IMG/VR virus record: IMGVR_UViG_3300048574_000528 | Location: 1 to 34,947 of that record | Source of the DNA: a virus | Lineage: Duplodnaviria; Caudoviricetes | DNA: 34,947 nt | Direction: 5' to 3' (one strand) | Shown here: in pieces, positions 8,445 to 16,179 of the stretch | Numbering within the stretch: position 1 is the stretch's first letter | How the letters are laid out: each line of letters begins with the position of its first letter | Notes under the pieces: generated by a model | What the model saw: only the letters and a program-made list of their open reading frames with translations | What the model was told of the DNA's origin: nothing | The model's database searches: none | Position numbers and translations under genes: made by a program

Positions 8445-8633
8445 TTATGCCGCCTGAATGTCCGTCCTCGCGGACCGTAGCTTCTTCTCGACCCGCCCGC
8501 AGGCGGACTCCAGCGCGGCGGCCACGAAGGCCTGGAGGGAGATGTCTTTCTGGATCGCCGCTAATCGCACACGCTTCATCAGCTCCGGCTCGATGCGGGC
8601 CTGGAGTAAAGACACACGTTTCCTGTGGTCCAT
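8445..8633 (-). CDS. Ribbon-helix-helix regulator (Cro-equivalent position)
   Basis: LLQARIEPELMKRVRLAAIQKDISLQAFVAAALE fits the Arc/CopG pattern. Strong AAAGGAGG RBS. Confidence 0.75.
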   Translation of the reverse strand: MDHRKRVSLLQARIEPELMKRVRLAAIQKDISLQAFVAAALESACGRVEKKLRSARTDIQAA

Positions 8634-8771
8634 AAATGCGCCTCCTTTGCGCGTAATGATTCCAGCCTTTGATGCATCAGATACCTGTAATTCGGTATAG
8701 GATGTATGAGGCGTTGGCTATGTATGTATGATATGACGCACTCTCATAGATTGCAACAGAAAAATGTATGA
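8634..8771. promoter_or_regulatory. Divergent promoter/operator region
   Basis: AT-rich gap between divergent regulators. ATGTATGA at 8702, 8724 and 8764; palindrome TGATGCATCA at 8670-8679. Confidence 0.65.
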
Positions 8772-9067
8772 GTGAGAAAAAAATCGGGAAGCTCGTCCAA
8801 GTGAGGATCTCGGACGATGAACATGAAGCGCTCACTTCGCGAGTAGGGAGTCGTGGTATGCAGAGTCACGTTCGCATGCTCATCGCCGACTTCATCGCTG
8901 GCAAGGCTGGCTACGCCTATAAGGCCGAAAACAGGAAGTGGCACGATTGCTTGGAGCGCGTGCTGGAGGAGGGGACAGAGAGAGATCGGATTGGAATTGA
9001 GCAGAATTTGCAGTGGGCGGTCAACAACCTTCAGTCCCGCCCTACGAAGAAGGCGAAGGTCAGTTAG
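8768..9067 (+). CDS. Ribbon-helix-helix regulator (repressor position)
   Basis: KLVQVRISDDEHEALTSRVGSRGMQSHVRMLIADFI fits an RHH fold, with a short helical C-terminal domain. No SD sequence. Confidence 0.7.
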   Translation: MSEKKIGKLVQVRISDDEHEALTSRVGSRGMQSHVRMLIADFIAGKAGYAYKAENRKWHDCLERVLEEGTERDRIGIEQNLQWAVNNLQSRPTKKAKVS

Positions 9068-9216
9068 GGGCAGCCTCGGGAGTCATCCGGGGCGCCGCCG
9101 TTGAGCAGATCGGCGGTAATTGCCCGGTGTTCGTTCTCCCGCATGGCCTTCCGGCCTGTTTGGAGGACATCCGGCAGCAGCGGGAGCCACAATGCCCCGC
9201 CGGCCGGGAAGTGATT

Positions 9217-9275
9217 TGTGAAGCTGGCCTGTCCTGGCTACTGGATAGGCCGGAGGCCCGCCGGCGGTGGTGGGC
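9217..9275 (+). repeat. 59-bp direct repeat, copy 1 (two hairpins)
   Basis: 54/59 identical to 10269-10327. Confidence 0.9.
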
Positions 9276-9306
9276 GGTTTGAACGAAAAGAGGGGGAACA
9301 CGCGCG

Positions 9307-10215
9307 ATGTGGATGGGCGCAAGCAAATTCGAGAGCCTGGCGGGTGCGGGGGATGCTCGATGTGGAGTGCGTGGCGTGCTTGGGGCCACCGTCTTGCTCT
9401 TCATGAGCGCGGCGGCTTCAGTAGGGCAAACAAGCAACGACCTATCGGCTGTAGTCTCCATTGATGCTGGCGAATTCGTGTTGTCAGATTTTCGGTTTTC
9501 CACGTTCTCAACGACCCTACAGCGGGAGATCAGCGCCTTCAAGTTTCGCGTGGAGAACAAGACGGATAGTGCGTGGGTCGACCTGTTTCTCAACCTCAGC
9601 GTTGTCGTGCCGCCGGCCACTCCCGGCGCTCCAGATGAGGTGCTGGCTCTCCGAGGCAAGGTTAGCTATATCAAGCACAAGGGGACAGTTGAGGGTGAGG
9701 TCACAGGCGCGTATCTCGCGGGACGTACGCCCAAAAACATCACCGCCAGCTTTGCGGGAGGAGTGCGCCTGCTCTCGGATGAAGCGAAGGAGAAGTTGCG
9801 CCTGAAGGAAGAACAGGAGGCAGCGGCGGCCGAGAAGGTGGAGCAAAGGAGGCAAGCGGCGGCGGAGAAGGCGGAACAGAGGAGGCAAGCGGCCAGGGCA
9901 TCGCTGCTGAATGCGAAGGAGAAGGCGGAAAGAGATCGCCTCGCCAAGTTACCAGTCCTGCGGGCTGGAGATGCCACGTCGCTGTTCATCGGCTCAGATC
10001 GCCGGTGCGCGGAACAATTTCAGGAAGCACTCTCGCGTGAGGGGCTGGAGAAACGAAAGCGGATTGCTGAGCTGGTTCAGTACGGGTGCGGATTTGCAGT
10101 TGCCGGTGGCGTGCGTGTCTCAGTCCAGCAGAGAGGTCCCTTCAGTTTCGTGTTGATCGAAGAGGGGACGGATCGCGGGAAACAGGGCTGGGTTCCGGAA
10201 GGGTGGCTCCGGTGA
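9307..10215 (+). CDS. Exported hypothetical protein with coiled-coil and SH3-like C-terminus
   Basis: Signal-like VRGVLGATVLLFMSAAASVG-Q, an AAAEKxEQRRQ duplication, and terminal GKQGWVPEGWLR. Start uncertain (9307-9367). Confidence 0.7.
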   Translation: MWMGASKFESLAGAGDARCGVRGVLGATVLLFMSAAASVGQTSNDLSAVVSIDAGEFVLSDFRFSTFSTTLQREISAFKFRVENKTDSAWVDLFLNLSVVVPPATPGAPDEVLALRGKVSYIKHKGTVEGEVTGAYLAGRTPKNITASFAGGVRLLSDEAKEKLRLKEEQEAAAAEKVEQRRQAAAEKAEQRRQAARASLLNAKEKAERDRLAKLPVLRAGDATSLFIGSDRRCAEQFQEALSREGLEKRKRIAELVQYGCGFAVAGGVRVSVQQRGPFSFVLIEEGTDRGKQGWVPEGWLR

Positions 10216-10268
10216 CGTAGAACTGGCGTCGTTGCTGCCGAGAGTGCCTCGCTGGCAGGAAGGCAGTC

Positions 10269-10327
10269 TGTGAAGCTCGCCTGTCCAGGCTACTGGACAG
10301 ACCGGAGGCCCGCCGGCGGCGGTGGGC
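10269..10327 (+). repeat. 59-bp direct repeat, copy 2
   Basis: Matches 9217-9275; contains the perfect hairpin CTGTCCAG-GCTA-CTGGACAG. Confidence 0.9.
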
Positions 10328-10405
10328 AGAGACGGGAATGGGTTTGGCCCGGCATAGTCATCCCTGGGCCGCATGATTTCAATTGCGCCAAGGAGACGAC
10401 TTGAT

Positions 10406-11314
10406 ATGCCTGAGAAGTGGTTGAAGATCGGGTTTTTCGCCCCAATGGTGGTGGCCCGGAGCGGTGGCCTGGTCAGTTTCGAAGAAGTGCTGAAAGCATG
10501 CAGTGCAAAGCCAGACGACGAATCCCGGTCGCTGGACGGAAAGACAGATGCGATCAGGCTCCAGTTCGTTCGCGAATCCTCATCATTCTGGTCCGGAGAG
10601 TTGATGCGGATCAGGATGGACGAATCCTTCAAGAAGGCCAACATCAAAGGTCGCGTCGAGGCCATCGAATTTGATGAAGACGAGGGACTCGGCGAGGAAA
10701 CGGCTTTCCTTTATGACCCGCAGCTCAACGTGCTGGTCTTCCACGAACATCGTGGCGGCGTCACGTTGACGCACTCGGCCAAGTACTTCAAAGTGATGGC
10801 GCAGATGAAGAGCGTGGAGTTCGCGCCGCTCTTGAAGAGCGATGTCCTTGACCGCATCGCCAACATGGGGGTGATCCGGCGCTTCATCGTTCACATGGCG
10901 AAGATCAACAATGCCGCCTCTTTGCGTGGGCGGGGTGAGTCCACGAAGAAGGTCCTTGAACTGACGCGGTTCTTCCAGGCGCCTACCATCCAGTTGGATC
11001 TCTCGATTGGGAAGGAAGAGACGACCCTGGATAAGGTTCTTGCTTTTGTCAGGGAATTGTCTGGAACTCAGGACACGCCGTTCTCCGAAGTGAAAAAAAT
11101 AGTGGTCATTGGCAGCGATGCGGCCGATGACTCGCAGGAGGAGATCATCAACGTCATTGAGGACAGGCTTGTACTTCTGCGACCGGTAGAATTGAAGGAC
11201 GGCCGCGTCACAGATCCTGCGCGGCATGGCGCGGTGTACGATGCGTGGCAGGTGGAACGTGACAGAATCAGCGAAATCTACGCTAAGACGCGTCATCAGC
11301 GGCGAGACTCTTGA
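10406..11314 (+). CDS. RexA-like (DUF6731-like) soluble exclusion protein
   Basis: AGGAG RBS. Blocks KIGFF, DEGLGEETAFLYD, GVTLTHSAKYF and EFAPLL...DRIANMGVIRRFIV parallel lambda RexA as recalled. Confidence 0.6.
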   Translation: MPEKWLKIGFFAPMVVARSGGLVSFEEVLKACSAKPDDESRSLDGKTDAIRLQFVRESSSFWSGELMRIRMDESFKKANIKGRVEAIEFDEDEGLGEETAFLYDPQLNVLVFHEHRGGVTLTHSAKYFKVMAQMKSVEFAPLLKSDVLDRIANMGVIRRFIVHMAKINNAASLRGRGESTKKVLELTRFFQAPTIQLDLSIGKEETTLDKVLAFVRELSGTQDTPFSEVKKIVVIGSDAADDSQEEIINVIEDRLVLLRPVELKDGRVTDPARHGAVYDAWQVERDRISEIYAKTRHQRRDS

Positions 11315-11744
11315 AAGGTTGTACCCGTTCACCGGAGGCATTGCGGCCGCGGGGGCGTGCTGGTACTTGGCCGCTCCATTTCCCGCCCAGGCGCGTGACT
11401 TGTTCTCGGCGACGTTGAGTGCCGCGTCCATTGGCGCCGGATTCCTGACGACCACAAAGGCAATCCTGCTTTCCGTGGACCACCGATGGGTGGTGAAGCG
11501 AGCAAAGGAGTCGGGCGCGTACCTTCGCCTGGTGAACTTCATAATCCACGCGACATGGATGTGTCTGCTGCTTGCCTCGACGTCCGCGCTGATGACGCTG
11601 ATCCCCGCGTCTCCAATTCCGGGATGGGCAAGGGTGACGTTTTGGGCGTGGTCTGGGCTCGCCGTCTGGGCCTCCCTCGCCGTAGTCCGAGTCCTCAGCA
11701 TTCTGGCGACCCTTCTGCGGATGTTGGCGGAAGATGCGGAGTAG
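11259..11744 (+). CDS. RexB-like 4-TM membrane protein
   Basis: Four hydrophobic segments and a basic loop VVKRAKESGAY. Overlaps the upstream gene; start uncertain (11226-11319). Confidence 0.6.
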   Translation: MTESAKSTLRRVISGETLERLYPFTGGIAAAGACWYLAAPFPAQARDLFSATLSAASIGAGFLTTTKAILLSVDHRWVVKRAKESGAYLRLVNFIIHATWMCLLLASTSALMTLIPASPIPGWARVTFWAWSGLAVWASLAVVRVLSILATLLRMLAEDAE

Positions 11745-11846
11745 TGGGTAACAACTCCGAAAGACCCCGATTCGCCGCGCCAGGTTGGGATGATGCCGTC
11801 TGAACTGGCGCTCTTCGCGAATTGACTGATAATTGGGGAGGATTGC

Positions 11847-12371
11847 ATGGAGAATTCTTCTCAATTCCCGTTTGGCGCGCGGAATCGCATGGTGGTGACG
11901 CATCTCGGCCTGGTGCGGCCGATTGCCCTGGCCTTGCTCCGCCGCCTGCCCGCTCACATCGAACTGGCCGACCTGGTGCAGGCCGGAATGCTGGGATTGA
12001 TCCAGGCATGCGGCCGATGGGATGCGAGCAGAGGTGTGCCGTTTGAGTGCTACGCGCGCCACCGAATCCGGGGAGCTATGCTGGACAGCACCAGGCGCGG
12101 CGCCGGGACTCTACTGGCGCCTGGGACGCCGCAGGAAGCCGCCGGCGCTGAGCCGAACCCCGAAGAGGTGACGGCCTCGCTGCAGCGTACGAGGATGATC
12201 CGGCTGATGCTGTTGCGCCTGCCGCAGCGCGATCGGGAGGTCCTCCTGTTTCACCTGGTGGACGGTATCTCCATGCGGGGCATCGGCCAGCGGCTCCGGA
12301 TCTCCAAGACTCGGGCATGCCAGTTGAAGGCTCGGGCCATTCGCTCTTTGCGGGCCCAACTGAGCGCGTAG
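11847..12371 (+). CDS. Phage-encoded sigma70-family factor, FliA/WhiG-like, lacking region 3
   Basis: Region 2 DLVQAGMLGLIQA...FECYARHRIRGAMLD; region 4 LPQRDREVL...MRGIGQRLRISKTRACQLKARAI. GGGAGG RBS. Confidence 0.88.
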   Translation: MENSSQFPFGARNRMVVTHLGLVRPIALALLRRLPAHIELADLVQAGMLGLIQACGRWDASRGVPFECYARHRIRGAMLDSTRRGAGTLLAPGTPQEAAGAEPNPEEVTASLQRTRMIRLMLLRLPQRDREVLLFHLVDGISMRGIGQRLRISKTRACQLKARAIRSLRAQLSA

Positions 12372-12643
12372 CCCAGGCTGACCGATCCGCCAGCGAACGG
12401 CGAATAACGGGCATGGAAGTATTTTCGTGCCTCGGCATGAAGTTTTCGCGCTCTCGCCAGTATCCTCAAATAGCTGCGGAATCCAGGGCGGCCGGCCGTA
12501 ATAGGCGGGTTGGCGGCCGCTCTCCGATTCCGGCGCCTTCCGGGATGGCGTTATGTCGGCAAGAAGGCCGACGCGAAACACATCGACTCCCGGTCACCCA
12601 CTCCCTACTACCCGTGCATCCATCACAACCTGAGCCGCGTCCG

Positions 12644-12958
12644 ATGACGGACCGCATCGCCTTGCTCGATGTCGACGGGAAGCACTTGTCCTGGATCGCC
12701 GAAGGGGACGCCAGGCGGTTGGTGGCGCAGGGCAAGGTGGAAGTACTTGGCACGCGTAATCGGGTGCGAGCTGTCCGGGTGGTGAGTGGTGAGGTATGGA
12801 CGGCTGAAGAGCGGTTGACGCGCTCCGTCCGTAGCGGGCCCGCCAGACGCCACTATTCCCACGCGCGGGAGACGGCCGACAATCCCGCCGGCGTGTGGAC
12901 GCTGGTTCACATTCCGCCGGCGGATCGGGAGTTTTTCGGATTCCGATGCAAAGGCTAA
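12644..12958 (+). CDS. Hypothetical protein with RRXRR/PLMP-like N-terminus
   Basis: IALLDVDGKHLSWIAEGDARRLVAQGKVEV; ATG at 12644. Confidence 0.55.
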   Translation: MTDRIALLDVDGKHLSWIAEGDARRLVAQGKVEVLGTRNRVRAVRVVSGEVWTAEERLTRSVRSGPARRHYSHARETADNPAGVWTLVHIPPADREFFGFRCKG

Positions 12959-13233
12959 TCGATTTGCTGCCGGCCGCCGAACGGGAATCTCCGGAATGGC
13001 GCGCCGCGGCGAAGGAGCGGGCCCGGATTCTCAGGAGCTGTCTGCTGGTTCTCCCAGTGAGGCAGCGCGCGTTGCTGCAACTGAGGTACGGGCAGTCCTA
13101 CACGTTGGCCATGATCGCCAAGCACTTTGGTGTCGGCGAACCAGCGGTGCACGCCATGCATCAGCGCGCGATTCGTGGGCTTCGTGGCGCGCTTCACGAA
13201 CGCAGAATTCTCACTATCTCCGACCTTCTATGA
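12946..13233 (+). CDS. Sigma70 region-4 HTH protein
   Basis: LPVRQRALLQLRYGQSYTLAMIAKHFGVGEPAVHAMHQRAIRGLR. Confidence 0.75.
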   Translation: MQRLIDLLPAAERESPEWRAAAKERARILRSCLLVLPVRQRALLQLRYGQSYTLAMIAKHFGVGEPAVHAMHQRAIRGLRGALHERRILTISDLL

Positions 13234-13799
13234 ACTCCTCCTGTGCGGTCGCTCTGAAACCCAATGCCACACGGGTGATGCCCCGATTCCCGATGGCGCG
13301 TGGCGGCGCGGCAAAGCCGTTGGTGCTGGACATGGGCTGGAACCGATCCGAGGCGCTTTCGTTGGCTGACCCGCGCTGTCGTCGCTGCTTGGGCCTGGGC
13401 GCCAGTAAGGCGAAGCCCTGTGGGTGCGTCAAACGGCAGATCTTCCGTGCTTGTTGGCGCGAGTATTGCGCCATTCAGGCCGCCATAGGGAAGCATCGGG
13501 GAGTCAGCTACGACAAGCTGGGCTGCCGCGGAAGCTCCCGGTGCTTCGGCCGCAAGAACGAGGAGTATCTGGCGGATTTCTGGTTGATCGCTAAGCGCAC
13601 ACTGCGCCCCCTGGAGTGGCGAGTCTTCGATGCCCACTTCTTGCAGGGGCTGGAGTATTCAGCGTGCTGCAAGCTGCTGGATATGGACCGTGGGAATTTC
13701 TTCCATGCGGTCTACCGGGTCCAGGAGAAGCTCGGCGTGGCCTTCCGCGCGACGAAGCCTTATTCCCTATTCCCTTTGCACGAGTACTTCACCCAATGA
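13230..13799 (+). CDS. Zn-finger plus C-terminal HTH protein, possible Q-like late regulator
   Basis: CRRCLGLG...PCGC plus LRPLEWRVFDAHFLQG...LDMDRGNFFHAVYRVQEKLG. ATGA overlaps at both ends. Confidence 0.65.
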   Translation: MNSSCAVALKPNATRVMPRFPMARGGAAKPLVLDMGWNRSEALSLADPRCRRCLGLGASKAKPCGCVKRQIFRACWREYCAIQAAIGKHRGVSYDKLGCRGSSRCFGRKNEEYLADFWLIAKRTLRPLEWRVFDAHFLQGLEYSACCKLLDMDRGNFFHAVYRVQEKLGVAFRATKPYSLFPLHEYFTQ

Positions 13800-13981
13800 T
13801 CTCCACCGACCACATCGCCCTGGCTGCCAGTCTGCTGGCAATCCTAGGCCAGGTGGCTAACGCCTACCTGAAACTGAGCATCCTGAAGGAGATCGGGGAA
13901 AGGGAGACCGCGCTGCGCAAAGACATGGACGCCACCTACGTCCGGAAGGACGTATGCCGGCAGATCGGCGGCTGCTCCTGA
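13796..13981 (+). CDS. Small membrane protein, possibly holin-like
   Basis: One N-terminal hydrophobic helix and a charged tail; coupled to both neighbours. Confidence 0.55.
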   Translation: MISTDHIALAASLLAILGQVANAYLKLSILKEIGERETALRKDMDATYVRKDVCRQIGGCS

Positions 13982-14343
13982 TGCCGCTGGCGACTCTGCG
14001 CCCGTGCCGTTGGCCCGGCTGTCCGGCCTTGGTGGAGCGCGGTTACTGCGCGCAGCACCGGCCGCCAGCGGTGATTGAGATGCCGCGGCGGAGCTCGGCC
14101 CAGCGAGGGTACGGCTTCCGATGGCAGCAGGCGGCGAAGGCGTTTCTACGACAGCACCCCATCTGCCGGAGCTGTCAGGGGCAAGGCCGGCTGAACGCGG
14201 CTACCGAGGTGGATCACATCCAGCCGCACAGGGGCGATCAGGAGCTGTTCTGGAATCAGGCCAACTGGCAAGCATTGTGCAAGGCTTGCCACGCGAAAAA
14301 GACGGTGATCTCAGACGGCGGGTTCGGGCGGCGTGCGACCTGA
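13981..14343 (+). CDS. Terminase-associated HNH endonuclease (HK97 gp74-like)
   Basis: RPCRWPGCP...YC..H, RGYGFRW, HPICRSC, VDHIQPHRGD, NWQALCKACHAKKT. Confidence 0.92.
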   Translation: MPLATLRPCRWPGCPALVERGYCAQHRPPAVIEMPRRSSAQRGYGFRWQQAAKAFLRQHPICRSCQGQGRLNAATEVDHIQPHRGDQELFWNQANWQALCKACHAKKTVISDGGFGRRAT

Positions 14344-14357
14344 AGGGACGGTTTTCA

Positions 14358-15368
14358 ATGATTCGTAAAGGACTAAGGCTCTTGGTGAGCTTCTTCGCTT
14401 TGGCCACAGTGCTGTGGGCCATGACTGTGAATGGGTCGCTGGCCGTACTCGGCACTCTGACGGCCGGGATTGTTGACTTCTCGGGTGCGACGAAGACCGT
14501 GGCGGCCAAGCAAAGTCTCACTTCGCCGGCCGCCTGTGCTGCTGGCGAGACGTACTTCAACACGACCTCGAAGGCACTCCACCTCTGCATCGCCCCGGAT
14601 ACCTGGGCGCAAGTTCAGACTGGTGCCGGTACGGCCGCGGTCGATGTTTTGGATCTGCGCCAGGTGGAAGTGAAAGACGAGTTCTTCACGCTGCTGTCCG
14701 CCTCCGGGGCCGTCTACAGCCAGGTGTACTGGTCCACCCGCAACATTGGATCACCGTCTGGCGCAAGCATCACGCAAGCGAACGGGACATCCGCGAATCC
14801 TGGGGTGATGCGTCTGACGACTGGGAACGTTCCATCCACTGGGATCATCGTCTCCAGCGACTCGTACAACTACGACAAGGGCCGCCTCGATCCGCGCGCC
14901 AACAACTGGGAGGCCTGCGGGGTGTTCGCCCTGAGTCAATCTACCCAGATCCGGGCGCGCATCGGAGTGGCTATTACCGGTGAGAGCTACCTGCCAACAG
15001 ACACGACGAACAAGGTGTGGCTCTATTACAACGCCACATCCACTGCCGGGAACTGGCATGCGCAGGTAGGAGCCTACGCTGGCACGCAGGGAGATTGGGA
15101 CACCGGAGTGGCTGCGGACACGATCTTCCACAGCGCCTGTTGGTCTGGAGATGGGGCAAAGGTCTATGTCCAGATGGATGGCGGGACCAAGCGTTCTTTC
15201 TGCCCGAGCGGCTGTGATGTCACAGCGACTATCCCGGACGGCAGCTCAAACGCCTATGCCCTCGTGGCCGCGGCCATGACCAATGACGCGGCGAGCAAAT
15301 GGGTGGACGTCGACTACCTCGGGTACGCCCGGACGCTGCCTGGGGCTCTGGCTCGCCGGAGGAACTGA
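14358..15368 (+). CDS. Exported fibre/lectin-like protein
   Basis: Signal peptide MIRKGLRLLVSFFALATVLWA, a fibre-like CAAGETYFNT...LHLC..DTW knob, and a ConA-like beta-rich C-terminus (DTGVAADTIFH, VDVDY). Confidence 0.7.
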   Translation: MIRKGLRLLVSFFALATVLWAMTVNGSLAVLGTLTAGIVDFSGATKTVAAKQSLTSPAACAAGETYFNTTSKALHLCIAPDTWAQVQTGAGTAAVDVLDLRQVEVKDEFFTLLSASGAVYSQVYWSTRNIGSPSGASITQANGTSANPGVMRLTTGNVPSTGIIVSSDSYNYDKGRLDPRANNWEACGVFALSQSTQIRARIGVAITGESYLPTDTTNKVWLYYNATSTAGNWHAQVGAYAGTQGDWDTGVAADTIFHSACWSGDGAKVYVQMDGGTKRSFCPSGCDVTATIPDGSSNAYALVAAAMTNDAASKWVDVDYLGYARTLPGALARRRN

Positions 15369-15476
15369 CCCGACCCGGGCAGGGGGGGGAGGTCAGGACC
15401 TGGGGATCCCGAACCTAGACCGCGCTGGGCCTCGTTCGCACGCGCCCGCGGTTTGAGTGTGATTTTTGAGGGGACG
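15369..15476. other. Probable cos / packaging region
   Basis: Non-coding gap just upstream of terS with a G run followed by CTAGACCGCGC. This is the layout usually seen in HNH-terS cos phages; exact cut site unknown. Confidence 0.5.
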
Positions 15477-15920
15477 ATGAAGAGATCGAAGTCGGCGGAG
15501 AAAAAGTTACTGCGCGGTAATCCCGGTCACAGGGCGGTGCCGGAGCCGAACCACCTGGCAGGCGAGCCCCAGGCGCCAGACACACTGCCCGAGGAGGCAC
15601 GGGGGGAGTGGAATCGCATGGTCAAGCTCCTGCGAGACAGGGGTGATCTGTCGGAACTGGACCAGGCGAGCCTTGCTGACCTCTGCATTTGCCGGATGCG
15701 GCTCGAAGAGTGCGAACGGCAGATCGCGGAGCACGGGGTGCTGGTGCCAGGACAGCGGGGACTGGTCAAGAATCCTGCCGTGCAAATCGCCAGGCAGTAC
15801 AGGGTGGCACTGCAAAAGTGGGCAGACCAGTTTGGGTGTACCCCCGCGGCCAGGAGCCGCATCTCCGCGCCGCCGGCAGAGACCAACGACGATCCGGAGG
15901 GTATGTTTGCCGTTCGGTAA
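15477..15920 (+). CDS. terS: Terminase small subunit (P27 family)
   Basis: LRGNPGHR, EARGEWNR, KNPAVQI, FGCTPAARSRI; GAGGGG RBS. Confidence 0.92.
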   Translation: MKRSKSAEKKLLRGNPGHRAVPEPNHLAGEPQAPDTLPEEARGEWNRMVKLLRDRGDLSELDQASLADLCICRMRLEECERQIAEHGVLVPGQRGLVKNPAVQIARQYRVALQKWADQFGCTPAARSRISAPPAETNDDPEGMFAVR

Positions 15921-16179
15921 TGCCAAGGCGCAGCGCGTGGAGGAGTTCTACGGAACGTACCTGGAAATTGGTCTTGAAAGGCGCGATGGGGTGCCTCTCC
16001 TCCTCAGGCCTTTGACGATCCGCACTGATATCCCGAGGAGGTACGAGGCATCGGGAATACCGGCTTGCCTCGGGGTAATCACTCTGACGGCCGACGGGGA
16101 AGTGCGTGTGGCGGTGTACGGCGCCGCGCCGCCGGCAGAGACCAACGACGATCCGGATGGGATGTTTGCCGTTCGATGA
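15907..16179 (+). other. Open 90-codon chimeric ORF: diverged TerL N-terminus fused to the TerS C-terminal tail (gene or pseudogene)
   Basis: 15865-16128 is a tandem duplicate of 16124-16450 with a 63-nt in-frame deletion. Confidence 0.75.

Noticed and set aside
8445-8633. RHH gene as the antitoxin of a type II TA pair
   Set aside because: No adjacent toxin-like ORF, and its position fits a phage switch.
9013-9282. 89-aa ORF between the repressor and the exported protein
   Set aside because: No convincing start or RBS, and its duplicated part near 10245 has a stop just upstream and no start. It cannot be fully excluded.
10406-11744. Calling the pair Kiwa, or assigning rexA/rexB gene symbols
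   Set aside because: Kiwa has the TM gene first. The Rex similarity is distant and rests on recalled sequences, so no symbol was given.
11815-11835. TTGACT/GATAAT as a sigma70 promoter for the sigma gene
   Set aside because: The two hexamers are adjacent rather than about 17 bp apart.
12644-14343. Split IscB/OMEGA nuclease formed from the PLMP-like ORF and the HNH
   Set aside because: No RuvC motifs, and the HNH is a typical terminase-associated gp74 type.
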